This document shows, one piece after another, positions 1 through 16,049 of a stretch of 64,000 bases of DNA (positions are counted from its first letter, which is position 1; every line of letters begins with the position of its first letter). Location of the stretch: assembly GCF_009914755.1 (NCBI RefSeq), contig NC_060930.1, one strand, 5' to 3'. The position numbers were made by a program, and so were the translations under genes. The stretch comes from the human T2T-CHM13v2.0 reference genome, Homo sapiens. The notes beneath the pieces were generated by a model. It was not told the origin of the DNA. It did not search any database and worked only from the letters and a program-made list of their open reading frames with translations.

Positions 1-2479
1 GGAGGACACCCCCGTCTTTCTCCAACAGGTGAAACAAGGTGGTTCTTTTCTGTAAGACAAATGTGGGTAATAAACAGAAAAAAGGCCAGCAAACAGATCA
101 AGTTCCATAAAAACAAAAGCAATCAGTGCACCCTCTATGACGTAGGTTCACAGAAATGACAGACCAAGTGTGTGAGACACGTCCTGTGCAGGGACACGTG
201 TGACCTTCCGAGCTGTGGGGGAAGGTGCAGCTCAGCGCAAACCGTACTCAAGATGAGTTTTATTTCCCTTCTGGTGTATCTCCAGAGCATGCTGGCAAGT
301 GAGTGAGTCCACTGTTTCTTGCTTCTCGGCATCAGTGACATCATCACTTAATAAGTTAGGGAATCACAACCACATTTCAAAGAATCATTCAGTTTTCTCA
401 TTAAGATTCTATAGGATTTTTTTTTTCCACAGCAACAGTCTTGCCAAAATAATGTTAAAAATAGACCTGGTAATACTTTTCACATTTGTAGGCAGTCATG
501 AATGTTTAACAGTGTTTATGTCCAGCAGATGCACATAACTTAAGAATTAGGCATGAGATTTTACACAGTAATACAGAGTACATATATTGTCAAAAGGATT
601 TTTTTTTTTAAATAAAGCAAATACCAAGCCTGGGGAAGAAAAACCTGTTCCCACTTCATCTTCTTGTAGGAAAGTGTTTAATGCATAAAAAATTGGGAGG
701 AAAAGGCATATGTAAAATGTTTGTGAAAAAAGTTTTCAACAGTGATTAAATTTGGATATTCTGACTCACTTAAGTGCATATGGTAAATTCTCAAAATTCA
801 AGGGTCTGAATTCTGGCTCCCGAAGTAGAGAATTATTTTGGAGACAGGTAGCGTCCTATGCTTGTCTGAGTCTGCATGGCTTGGGAAAGGGACACATAGG
901 TTTGGGGCGAGCTGAGAGGTGGTTAAGGTCAGAGGTCCCTCTGCTGAGAAAATGCACCGAGTCTGACTGCCTGGAATTTCTCAGTGAGATAAGCTCTACA
1001 GGTCACTGGCCTACAGAAAATGAGATGCTACCTTAAAAGAGGTAAATGAAGTAAAATGTAATTATAATGATTTTAAAACAGAAGTTCTACACATTAATAA
1101 CTTTATTTGGGGGACTGTCCCTAGTGAGTCCCAATTAAATCACTGGCTCCCAAAAAAACTGGCCTAGATGGCCTTTAAAGAATCTTTTTACAGCTGGGCC
1201 TACTTGACATTTTGGAAATGTAAACGTGCCTCCATGCATTTGGAGGATGGCTACATGGATGTTTCCTGAGTTCCCAGCTCTCCTTTTTTATTAATAGTTG
1301 TAACTGATCAACAGACGATACAGAATTGATGGCTGTATAAATATAGCTCTTAAATATAGTCATCGTAACTTTCTGATTAGCTTTGGCTGGAACTTTTTTA
1401 ACTTCTAGCCGTACATCTACAAATGGAAGTTTTCTTGCTTTGGGGGTAATCACATAGATGGAGATTAACTCTCTTTTTCTCCCAGGCTCTAAAAATTATT
1501 TTGACCAAAATGTTTAAGTCAGGGGTTTCATGTAGACACAGCTTACATGAGTCATTAAGAATTTTATTGGTTAAAGTAGGCATATTTTTTTCCTAGTAGA
1601 CATAATGACATAACAGTAATAAAAATGTAATATTCAAGTAATTGGTGTAATGTAATTACAGTTTGGTCATAAAGTAAGATTAGAAGTCTGAGATGGCTGT
1701 TTTGTGGGTGTGCACTTTAGCGTCTGAATGTAGTCTTCGAGGTGCCTGCCTGGTCTCCCTGGAATGCTAGTGCAGTTCATCACATAACCAGGTGGCTGGG
1801 CGCCCAGCTGAGCCAGCATTATCTGTGAGTCCTGTTTACCCAGTCTGCCCTGTCTGGACGTTGGTGTCCTGCCTGCTTCAGATACCTAACCATCACAGGA
1901 ACTGAAAACAGTGTTTCTGGTTTTATATAGACAACAAAAGGGGGAAATAAAGGCCAGGGTCCTCACTAGGCAAGGGACAGACGGAGTTCCAGTGCCATCC
2001 TAGAATGGCCACCTCTTTGCCCACATGATGTTGTAGCTCCCCATCTCCCTTAAATTGCAGTGCTTGGAGCAGAGAGCTCCCATATGCCTCTGATGTGCTA
2101 CAGTGTCAGCCTGTTCTGGCTTTTGGAGGGAAGAACAATTTCCAGATTGAGGCTGAACAAAAGGAGCTGTCTTAGGCATTTGACCAAAATATATTTTATC
2201 AAAGGATTTGCCATCATTGGAGATACTCTTTCAACTATTATAAATGAATTTCTCCCTGTTTGCATTTCTTATTTAGTGGCATGGCCTGCAGAAACACAAA
2301 ATTTAAGCAAGAGTACTTATCTATTTTTGAACACAAACATAACATTTTAATTAACAGTACTTACAATAAATAATTTAAAGAACATCTGATTTCTTTTTTA
2401 CTATTTTTTCCTTTTTAATTAATCAGTAATTTGTGGGGAGACAATCTGAGACTACATAAACCACTTCTTATCAGTCTTC

Positions 2480-2880
2480 CTCTACCATGGATGATCTTTT
2501 AATGCTACTATTCCTTCTTATTTATTAGTTGGCATTCTTCTGCAAAGAAGACTTTTCACTTTCTCCTCTGTTTACTTATTTATACTGCATGGACTCATGA
2601 ATATTTATTCGATGGGTGACAAACTAGTACTATCATTTATTTTGATGCTCAAATTGTCCCAGATTTGGCCAGTAAGAGCCTCTTCCAGCTCCATTTTTGA
2701 CCTCTCCCCATGGTTCTTTGACCAGTTCCTTATTTTCTTATGCAATAAAATATTCAAGGCTCATTTTTCCAGGCATCTTTCCCTGCCCTGGTTCTGGGAT
2801 CAGGCATTTCTCCAAGGAACCCTGAATACCAGTGGGGAATGATATTTAGAAACTAAGATCTGGGCACTAGGTGTGAAAGA
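2480..2880 (-). mobile_element. Old L1 (L1MC4/5-like) 3' UTR fragment
   Basis: Motifs such as TTTTGATGCTCAAATTGTCCCAGATTTGGCCAGT and GAAACTAAGATCTGGGCACTAGGTGTG resemble the L1MC 3' end in antisense; boundaries approximate. Confidence 0.6.
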
Positions 2881-3003
2881 TCATCACTTTTTAAATGTGT
2901 AAAATTTATTTGGAAAAATTTAGGGTGCTTATAAAGAGCTAAGCATGTGCCACAGGTGAAGGCTGCCTTTGGATCCTGAAAGGGTTGGAATTCTAAGAGA
3001 AAT

Positions 3004-3090
3004 CACCCCCCGCCCTCACCGGCCCTTGCCAAATAATGTAAATATGTCACGTAGTATGCCAATTACAGTTTCTGCAAATTGATAAGATCT
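3004..3090. promoter_or_regulatory. Candidate enhancer (dense TF motif cluster)
   Basis: Within 90 bp: GC box CCCCGCCC, NFI half-sites TGCCAA x2, forkhead TGTAAATA (3037-3044), HRE-like TACGTG on the - strand (3048-3053), GATA TGATAAG (3080-3086). Confidence 0.35.
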
Positions 3091-4959
3091 TTAGGCTTTT
3101 CTCCTTCTAAGCAAATACTGTTGTCTAAACCTATTTCAAAAGAACATTAGTATCACTCCTAACTGACAGCTCTTGATGTCTGCTAACTCACAGTTCAGTC
3201 ATTCATCAACGGCGCAGAGTGATTCACAAACTTAATTTCTTGCCAATATCAGTGACTTTAAACATCCATTGTCTCCGAACCCCCCTTTAGGAATATAAAT
3301 CACACACCTACAAAGGCCTGTCATGAATGCAGCGGGCCACATGCAGTATGTCTGTGCCTCATCATTCCTTCTGGCATGTCACCTTAGTAAACAATGTATA
3401 GAGTCTCATTCTAACCCTTGAGTCTGTGGTCTTGTTTTCTACAATGGTGGCTGCTGAGCTGAGGCCCCAAGGAAGGTGAGAAGCCAGCCACACTGAGCCA
3501 AAGGGCTGGCAACAGTGACTGGAGCAAGGCTGGACATACAGGATTCCCTGTCTTTAACTCCTTTAAGTAAAGTCAAGGGAAAGCAGAGTTTGGTATCCGA
3601 CTGATGCAGACTGTTGGCTTTTACTTGGCATGTACTTTCTTACTGCTTGAGAAATGTTATTTTTTCCTTAAACTTCTTTCTCATTAATCTTGTGTTAAGA
3701 GTGGTCTAACCCTGTTAGTTTGGTAGGCAGCTTCTGTTCCAATTAGCATATATTTCCATAAGTGTTGAGTGGGGAAGGGAAGGAAAACGCAGAATTTCTC
3801 AACTATTGACCTTGAGGGACTTGTAGGAAGGTGTGTCTGACATGCTTGTAATACAACTGACTCTGAAAAAGCTCTAGTAAATGGTTAAGTTATGGTTGGC
3901 TCTGATGATTTATGCTGAACAGAATAAACTATGATGGAGACATAAAATATTTCTAAGCTTACACTTTAGTCACTCAATATACATGAAACTCAATCTTCTT
4001 ACTTAAAAAACAGATAGAGCACTGAGAATCTCCTAAGGAAATCAAGTTGTTTATTAGTCTTGTGTTCACCCATGTCATGCATACGAAGATTGAAGAGCTG
4101 AAAACGCTTTGATATTCTCCACTGTAAGGCACTGTGTGATACCCCGCTTAAAACTATTCCTACCATTCCACCAAGGGACTTTCCTTTCCACTGACAAGTT
4201 GAAGGAGGAATTCAGAGACAGTGCTTCCGTAGCCAAATTGTTTCATTGTTCAAGTATATTGATAGGGTGGTTGCCTAAGCAGAAAATGCAGAATTAAACG
4301 AAGGAAGCTTGTTTTGAGAGCAGGTCTGTCACCATCTATGGTACATATGACAAGGAAATAAACAGGAAGTGCTGAATTGGCTTGGTTTACTCCTACAGGG
4401 ACAGAGAGAAATAAAATCAGTGTTTACCAAATGGAAAAGCACAAAGTTGGTACAGAGAGAAATGTTATTTTCAGGCTTCTAAAAAGGCATTACAAATAAC
4501 ACAAAGTTTCAAACCTATAATTAAAAACTATTTTTAAAAAGTTTTGATTAGGTTCCCTTCAAAAATAGGCATTTTAGGCTGAAATAAATTCTTAAAGTTT
4601 TGACTCCCACTTATGCTGGTTTTTCCATAATCCACACTCCATAAATGCCCCTCTTAAATAACAGATTTCAGGAGTAAAAAATATGTCTTAAAGTCATCTA
4701 GTAGAACTTCAATGCTCCCACTTAATAGATGAGGAATCCAAGACCCCAAAGTTAAAGCAATTTCTCAAACACCACACAGCCATTAAGGGCAGGGAGAATT
4801 TAGGATCCAAGTTACTCATCAGGCAAGAGTTACGAATAGATATAGTTTCTTAGTGCCAGATCCACGGAGGAAACAAACCTTGTGGTGAAGGGGCCAAATG
4901 TATTGTTGGTGTAGTTTTTTCCAGAAGCCAAGACTGGGCCTGTGGGTCCAAACCGAGTG

Positions 4960-5107
4960 TACTTCTGTCCTTCAGCAGCTCTGGACAAGAGCTAAATACC
5001 ATCTAAATGCCTGACTCCAGAATCATGAGAAATAAAAAAAATAATGTTGCCTTAAAGCCACTAACGTTTGGGGTGGGTTTGTTACACAGCAAAAGATAAC
5101 TGAAACA
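4960..5107 (+). mobile_element. MLT1-family (ERVL-MaLR) LTR 3' part
   Basis: CCAGAATCATGAGAAATAAA...AAGCCACTAACGTTTGGGGTGG...TTGTTACACAGCAAAAGATAACTGAAACA is a typical MLT1 LTR end. Confidence 0.65.
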
Positions 5108-5518
5108 GAAATAGGCAGGATCACCCCATGAGGCAAGGAAGCACATCAGCTGAGTTGTTTACTAAGGGCAAAGGCGATATGGACTGGCTAACAGAAGACG
5201 GAAGTTATAAATACTAGCAAGGACCATTGGACCAGTTACAGAAATGATGACAGTAGTGGTTGTAAGTATTTCTTTCTTACTTTAATATGAATACAGCATT
5301 TTTTTGGTATTAATTTTCTTTACTCCCCCACTTCCATTCCCTATCTTTAATAGAAGATGTGTTAATAGTGGCTAGCCATATAGCTCAGTATTTAAGTTAC
5401 AGGATATTAAAGAGGGAGTGTGACTCAGAGAAAAGAGGAAAAAATATCACCCCAAAATGGATGTGTCATATAGGACTTAATAGCCTTTTACTAAAAAAAA
5501 AAAAAAAAATGCACTTTT

Positions 5519-6220
<702 letters not shown>

Positions 6221-6352
6221 TATACCCTTTTTGGAGGACAGGGTTAGCATGCATCATGTTAGGTGGAAGCATTTTGCTGTTGACTTTATTTGGAGGTTAA
6301 ACATGGTTAAAAGATGTATGTATGGGTACCAAGTAGACAAAGGTTGGATAGA

Positions 6353-6901
6353 CTGCAGTCATTGGTAGTGTGCCAACTTGGTGAAACTTAAACTACTTTC
6401 CCATTCCCTACAGGGTTCTGAGTTAGAGTTGGCCAAAAGGGAAATGTATGCAGATGTGGAAGGTGGAAATGAAGCAGCTATTGATCTTTGAAGGTCTTGC
6501 AGGTACAGAGAAGGCACAGAAATGCTGACAGGTTCTAGCTTGTCTTCACATTCTTCTACTCCACATTCAGTTCTGACTGAAGAGGCTGTTGACCAACAGT
6601 GGCTCCCAGCTTATGCCAGACACTCAGTGGTGGGCCTGCCAAGGTGGCAGTTATACAGAAGCATGGCTTCCTGCATACCTTCTCATAAGCCATCACTTTG
6701 CAGCCACTTTTGGCACTTGGTTGTTCTTTGTTTCTCACATTGATGGGTTGGTCTTCTTTTTTTTTTTCTCTGATCCTCCAACTTCCTTCCTATGCTTTCA
6801 CTTTCCTAGTTCTTCTCACAACTGTATAAGGTCTGATTCCTGTAATCCTCATCCCATAGTACACAGTGGTTCTGATTCTGTGACTGAACCCTGACTGATA
6901 A
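6353..6901 (+). mobile_element. ERVL LTR (LTR41-like), preceded by ERVL internal remnants
   Basis: Ends with GTGGTTCTGATTCTGTGACTGAACCCTGACTGATA; preceded by an ERVL-int-like purine tract. Confidence 0.5.
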
Positions 6902-6976
6902 CTCAAGGTATGAGAGACTGATTTTCAAACTGCAAACAACTACAGAAGCTGGAAAAAAAAATACAAATGCAGTTGT

Positions 6977-7530
6977 GTAATAGTTTTCTATGATGCCGTA
7001 ACAAATTACTACAAATTTAGTAGCATAAATACCACAAATTTATTATCTTACAGTTCTATAGGCCAGAAGTCCAGTATAAGTCTCATTAGACTAAAATCAG
7101 TGTTGTCAGACTATGTTTTTTTCTGGAGGCTATAGGGAAGAATCTGTTTCCTGTTCATTCAGATTGTTGGGAGAACTCAGTTTCTGTTTCTTCAGTACCA
7201 AGGTCTCCATTTTCGAGCCGTCTGTAAGCTGGGGCCATTCTAGGAGGCCATCATATTCCTTGGCTCGTGGCTCCTTTACTCTGTCTTCAAAGCTAGAACA
7301 TCAAGTCATTTTCATGTTGCATCTCTCTTACCCATTCTTCTGCTTTTAAGAGCTCATGTGATTAGACTGGACCCATGTGGATAATCTAGGATAACCTCTC
7401 CATCTTAACTTCCTTTGATTAGCAACCTTCATGCCATCTGCAACCTTATTTCCCTTTTGCTATGTGATGTAACATATTCACAGGTTCTGAGATTTGGATA
7501 TGGACATCTTGGGGTAGGGGTACAAATTAT
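6977..7530 (-). mobile_element. MLT1 (MLT1D-like) LTR
   Basis: GTAACAAATTACTACAAATTTAGT...TTTATTATCTTACAGTTCTATAGGCCAGAAGTCC...AACATATTCACAGGTTCTGAGATT. Confidence 0.75.
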
Positions 7531-8090
7531 TTGAAGCATCAGAAAAAATCCAGTGTGGCCAGGACTTGAGAGAATAAGATAATGGAGAAAAGTCAGGTTC
7601 TCTTTTTTTCTCACGAAATTTGCCAATTAACTGTGAGACGAAGTGAGGCCAAACAGTCTGGGAATTATGGCAGTATCACTGGGCTGGGGAAGCAGAGGTT
7701 GGAGTTTGGGGCTGCCAAGGCAGTTGAGGGACCATGATTCCCTGACCAGAGGAAACTACAGAGAAATAAGTCTATAATTCTGCATGCAATTTCCCCTTGA
7801 AGCATATGTCAACTCCAAAGCTGTACATATGGTGGGGTTGGGGGTGAGAGCAGCAGATGGAAGGCTAAAAAGGTGAGCAAAAATTCCATCAATCTTATTG
7901 GGTTAGGGGTTAGATTTCAGAGCTCACCAGGGTTGAAGGGGCCTGGTAAACACCATAGGCTCTCAGCTGAGACCCTAGGGATATTTTCTAGGAATAAAGG
8001 CAAAGCAGAAATAGATCAACCTTGATCCAACTGTACCCCATCTGCCTGCCAGAAAATTATATCCTCTCTAGAAAAAATCACCATCCAGAG

Positions 8091-8383
8091 TTTCTTTAAG
8101 ACAAGGTCTTGATCTGTCATCCAGGTTGGAGTGCAGTGGTGCAATCATAACTCACAGCAGCCTCAAATTCCTGAGCTTAAGGGATCCTCCTGCCTCAGCC
8201 TTCTGAGTGGCTGGGACTACTACAGGCACATGCCACCACGCCCAGTTAATTTTTATTTTTGTAGCGATGGGGTCTTGCTTTGTTGCCCAGGGTGGTCTTG
8301 AAATCCTGGGCTCAAGAGATCCTCCCCCCTACCTTGGCCTCCCAAAGTGGTGAGATTACAGGGGTGAGCCAGTGTGCCCAGCC
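8091..8383 (-). mobile_element. AluJ
   Basis: Antisense Alu dimer with J-type divergence; short CAGAG direct repeat on both flanks. Confidence 0.9.
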
Positions 8384-9172
8384 CAGAGCGTCTATATCTT
8401 TTGCATATATGATGTCTGGCATTCAGTAAAACACTCATAGGCAAAGCAGGAGGCACTGAAAACCAAGAGGAAAAAAAAAAAAACAGACAACAGAAACATT
8501 CCCAAGCAACCCAAATATTGAGGTAATAAAGAAGGGACTGGAACTGGAATTTTTTTTTTTTCAAAAAAGAATCAAATGGTGATGGTATAATTAAAAAAAT
8601 AAAAAAAATTTAAGAATTCAGTAGATGAGCTTAATAGAATTTTAGAAGGAAAGTTCAATAAATACAAGATAGGTCAGTAGAAAATATTCATATTGAAGCA
8701 GAGAGAAAAGGAAATAAGAAATACAGAAAAGGGTACAGAAGACATATAATGTATGGTTAAAAAAATAAGTCTGACATACATCTAATTGAAATCCTAGAAG
8801 ACATAAAGAAATATTTGAAGAAAAGTGGATAGGATCTAAAAAAATCGATGAAAAATATCCAGCCACAGATTCAAGTAGTTCTACAAATTCCAAGAAAGAA
8901 AAACAAAGAAAACTACATGTAGGCATGTCATACTACAACTGTTAAAGAATAAAAGGAAAAACACCTCAAAAGCATCCAGAGAAAAGCAGGCACATTACCT
9001 TCACAGGGGCAACAACAGGCTGACAACCAAAATGACAGAGGCCAAAAGAGAAGGAAATAAGTCTGATGTGTGAAAAATAATGCACATTTTATAATGCAAA
9101 ACTTTAGGAAAAGAGAAATGTCCAAAAATAGGATACAATTGAAAACGAACCAGCCATCATAGTATGAAGAAA

Positions 9173-9919
<747 letters not shown>

Positions 9920-10707
9920 TGAGAAAGTGTTACTATAGGTTACAAAGAAGTATGTACTTTATGAACATATTGTGTGTGTGTGTATGTGTGCATGTGTGTA
10001 TTAAAATGTCAGTCACGTGTAGTCTCAACGTTAAAGGACTATAGCTAATTCTAATTGCATTCTTTGTGCTTTTCTGAGTCTTCTGAGTTTTTTGTTTGCA
10101 ATGAATGAATATTTTAAAAATAATAAAAAGGGTGGTAAAGAACAAGTTAAAGAGTTAAAATGACAAAAATAAGTTAAAACCAAGAAATACAAGTTAGCAT
10201 GTTAAGGAGTTATGATGAGGATAAGATTGTAGATTTAAATGTAACCATATCAATCATTACATTAGATATAGTCTAAAGAGTGGGATTAAAAGGCAGAGAT
10301 TGTAAAATGGGTTAAAAAGCAACACCTAACTATAGGCTATCAGTGAAAAAGATACTTTAAATAAAAGTAAAGGATGAAAAAATATGTATAATATAAGTAC
10401 TGAAGAAAGATGAAGTAGATTTATTAATATCAGACCAAGTACACTTCAGAACATGACATACTGTCAGGGGTAAAAAGGAAAATTAAGAATGCTAAAGGGG
10501 ACAATTAATCAAGAAGACATGCCATTCCTAAATGTGTGTATGTAACTGAGAACAGAACTTCAAAATATACTAAGCAAAACCTAATAAAACTCAAAGGAGA
10601 AACAGATAAGTCTACAATATTAATTGAAGACATTAACCCTCCTTTCTCAGTAATTGATTGTAAAAAGTAGAAAATCAGTAAGTATACAGAAGAACTGAAT
10701 AACACTG

Positions 10708-10788
10708 TTAGGTTGATGCAAAAGTAATCATGGTTTTTGCCATTACTATTTCAAAGGCAAAAACCGTGATTACTTTTGCACCAACATA
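10708..10788. mobile_element. MADE1 (Hsmar1-derived MITE)
   Basis: TTAGGTTGATGCAAAAGTAATCATGGTTTTTGCC...GGCAAAAACCGTGATTACTTTTGCACCAACATA, an ~80-bp palindrome of mariner terminal inverted repeats. Confidence 0.92.
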
Positions 10789-11312
10789 TCAACCAACTTG
10801 ACCTAATATTTATAGAATACTACATCAAAGGGCACAATACACAAGTTTTCAAGTGCATATGCACATGTTCTGGGCCATAAGCAAACCTTAGAAAACCTAA
10901 AGGAACTGAAATCATACAAAGTATGTATTATAAAATTAAACTAAAATTTAGTAACAGGAAGATATCTAGGACATTCTCAAACATTTGGAAACGAATCAAC
11001 ACATTTCTAAATAAGCCATGAGTCAAAGAGAAAATCAGAAAGGAAATTAGAAAATGTTCTGAATTGGATGAAAATGAAAACAAAACACATTAAAGGTTGT
11101 GGGATATAGCTAAAGTAGTGTTTAGAGGGAAACTGAAAAGGAAGAATAAACAAATTGCCAATCTTAGGAATTAAAAAGAGGAGTGTCACTACAGATCCTA
11201 CAGACATTTAAAGGATTATAAGATAATTTAATGAACAACTTTATGCCAAAACTTTTGTTAACTTAGATAAGGGACAAATAAGAGACAAACTATCAAAACT
11301 CTCTCAAGAAGA

Positions 11313-11375
11313 AATAGATAACCTTATATCTAATAGATAACCTTATATCTATCTAAGAAATAGCCTTATATCTAA
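11313..11375. repeat. Short tandem duplication inside L1 (19-bp unit AATAGATAACCTTATATCT x2 plus a partial copy)
   Basis: Directly visible. Confidence 0.85.
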
Positions 11376-11669
11376 TATTATTCATAGCTAAAAGCTTTCC
11401 CACAAAAAAACACTTCAGACCCTGATAGCCTCCCTGGTGAATTCTACGGAATTTTAACAACAACAACAACAAAAAACACTAATTCTACAGAAACTCTTCC
11501 AGAACATAGAAAAGGAAGCAGCAGGCCCAAACTCATTTTATGAGCCTAGCATTAGCTGATATAAAAACCAGAAATGAGACATTACAAAAACTCCAGATCA
11601 ATACTTTTCATGAGTACAGATACAAAAATACCTAGCAAAATGTTAGCAAATCAGATCCATCAAAATGTC

Positions 11670-12051
<382 letters not shown>

Positions 12052-14371
12052 TCATGACCGAATTGCATTTATCCCAGTAATGAAAGATTAGTTCAACAAG
12101 TAAAAATCAATCAACGTAATCTATCACTGGGAAAAAAAAAAAAAACTCATTGTCTTCAAGGATGAAGAAATCCATTTGATAAAATTCAACATCCATAAAA
12201 ACACTCGGCAAAAAAGGAATAAAAGGAAACTTCCTTAATGTGATAAAAAGCATCTAAGAAAATCTTAGCTAATTTAATGGGGTAAAGGCTGAATGCTTTC
12301 CCCATAAAATAGGGAAAAGGACAGGATGTCCATTTTTACCACTCCTATTCAATAGTGTACTGGAGATCCTAGTCACTGCAATAAGACATGAAGAAGAAAT
12401 AAAAACCATACAGATTAGAAAGAAAAAAAATTGTATTTGCAAACAAAATGATCATCTATGTAGAAAATCCCGAAGAAACTATAACTGCCCCCACCACCTC
12501 AGCAATCTATTAGAGCTAGTAAGTTCAGCAAGGTTTTAGCATAAAAAGTTAATATACAAAAATCAATTTTATTTCTCTGTGAAATAAAATGAATAATGAA
12601 TAATTGGAAAATGAAAAAAATTTAAATATTTCTTATAACATCAGCCATGAAATATCCATGCACGAACCTAATAAAATATGTACTAGGTTTATATTCTGAA
12701 AGCTATAAAACATTGATGAGAAAAATTTAAAAAGACCTTTATAAATGGAGAGCTATATCATGTTCATTAATTAGAAGGCTTAATGTTGCTAAGGTGTCAG
12801 TTCTTTCCAAATTAAGCTATACATTGTAAGCAATCCCAGTGAAAATTTCAGAAAGTGTTTTGTAGAAATATGAAAAAGCAAAGAATCTAAAATATGCAAA
12901 GCAATTTTGAAAAAGAAGAGCTGAGAAACTCTTAAGACCTGATTTCATGACTTAGTATAGAAGTCATAGTAATCAAGACAACCAGCATTAGTATCAGGAT
13001 AAACAAATAGACTAATGGAACAAAACAGGATGCAAAGCAGAGCAATATTTATATGGTCAATTAATTTTAGACAAGGGTGTCAAGGTAATTCAACACAGAA
13101 AGGATAGTTTTCTCAACGAGTGGTATTGAAACTATCTGACATCCACATCCATATGCAAAAAAAACAAAAAAATAGAACCTCAACTCTTATCTTGTATTAA
13201 TACCATATACAAAGTCAAAATAAATAGAAAACCTAAAAGTAAAAATTCAAAACTTAAATATCTAAAAGAAAACATAGGAGAAAGAAAGCCTTTGTGAGCT
13301 TGGGTTAGATGAAGGTTTCTTACATAAGACATACAGTATAAGCCATAAAAGAATAAAAATTGATAACTTTGACTTATTCAAAATTAAAAATATCAGCTTT
13401 TCCAAGGGCACTTTAGGAAAGAACAAGCTCCAGACTTGAAAGTTTTGAAAAGCACATTTCTGATAATAGATCTGTATCTAAAAGACATAACACTTATATT
13501 GTAAAGAGACAAACAACCATGTTTTTAAGGGGCAAAAGATGTGAATAAACACTTCAACAAAGAAAAAATACAGATGGCAAATGAACACATGGAAAATGCT
13601 TAATATCATTGGTCATCAGGGAAATGCAGGTAAAGCCACAATGAGATATCACTATGCACCTACTGGAATGGCTAAAATTAAAGCAAAATAAATAAGCAAT
13701 ACACCAAATGCTGGATCATACCAAAAGCTAGTGAAGATATGGAGAAACTAGAAATCTCATATTTCTGGTGGGAGTGCCATATGGTACATCTACATTGGAA
13801 AACATTTTGGTAGTTTTTTATAAAAATAAATATTCACTTACCATGAGTCAGTAATCCCACTTCTAGGTATTTACCCAATACAAATGAACACGTGAGTCCA
13901 CACAAAGATCTGTCCATTTGTGTTCAGAGCAATTTTATTTTTAATAGCAACGAAATGGAAACAATGCAAATGTCCACTCAATAGCGAATGGATGAACAAA
14001 TTGTAGTGCATCCATATGATGGAATATTACTCAGCAATAACATATAATGAACTAACACACGAAACAAGATGGATAAATCTCAAAAGCATAATGCTAAGTA
14101 AAAAAGACACACAAAAATCTTGAAATTCAACTTGATATGGAATTATTGCATTTAATATGCCATTCTGGAAAATATAAAAAATGATAGGGACAGAATGAGT
14201 GTTGCCAGGGGTTAGTGATGAGGCGGGGGAATCATGTTACAAAGGAACATGAAAAAACTGTTTTGGGTTCTTTTATTTTTATTGTGATGGTGATTACACA
14301 ACTGTTCATTTGTCAGAAGTCACTAAATTGTGCTGTACATATAAAAAGGGTTTATACCTATATGCAAACTA

Positions 14372-15130
<759 letters not shown>

Positions 15131-15464
15131 GATACATCAAATAAAATTTGACATAATATTACTGAAACCTAATGACATCACAACTAATTTCTGCTTGTAG
15201 TGGTCAAATTTCTTATTTTGTTGGAGATGCACTGTGATTTAGGAAGTACCAAAATGCAAAAATGTTTTTTAAAAGAGTTATGTTGAAAAACACAGTTGAA
15301 GAAGTTCAGAAGTCTTGCGAAAGTCAAGGGGAAGCTGAATGTTGAGATATGAAGATGACGAGCCAGGACAGAAGTGAAAAGGAAAAGCTAAAGGCTGGAG
15401 AAGAACCAGAGAAGTATAATAACATGGGTATAGTGTTGCAAGAATTTGCAGAATTAAGTACTGA

Positions 15465-16049
<585 letters not shown>

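Noticed and set aside
1175-1453. 92-aa - strand ORF with a protein-like stretch (VDVRLEVKKVPAKANQKV)
   Set aside because: GTG start, no recognisable homolog and no convincing splice sites; BLASTP/TBLASTN would settle it
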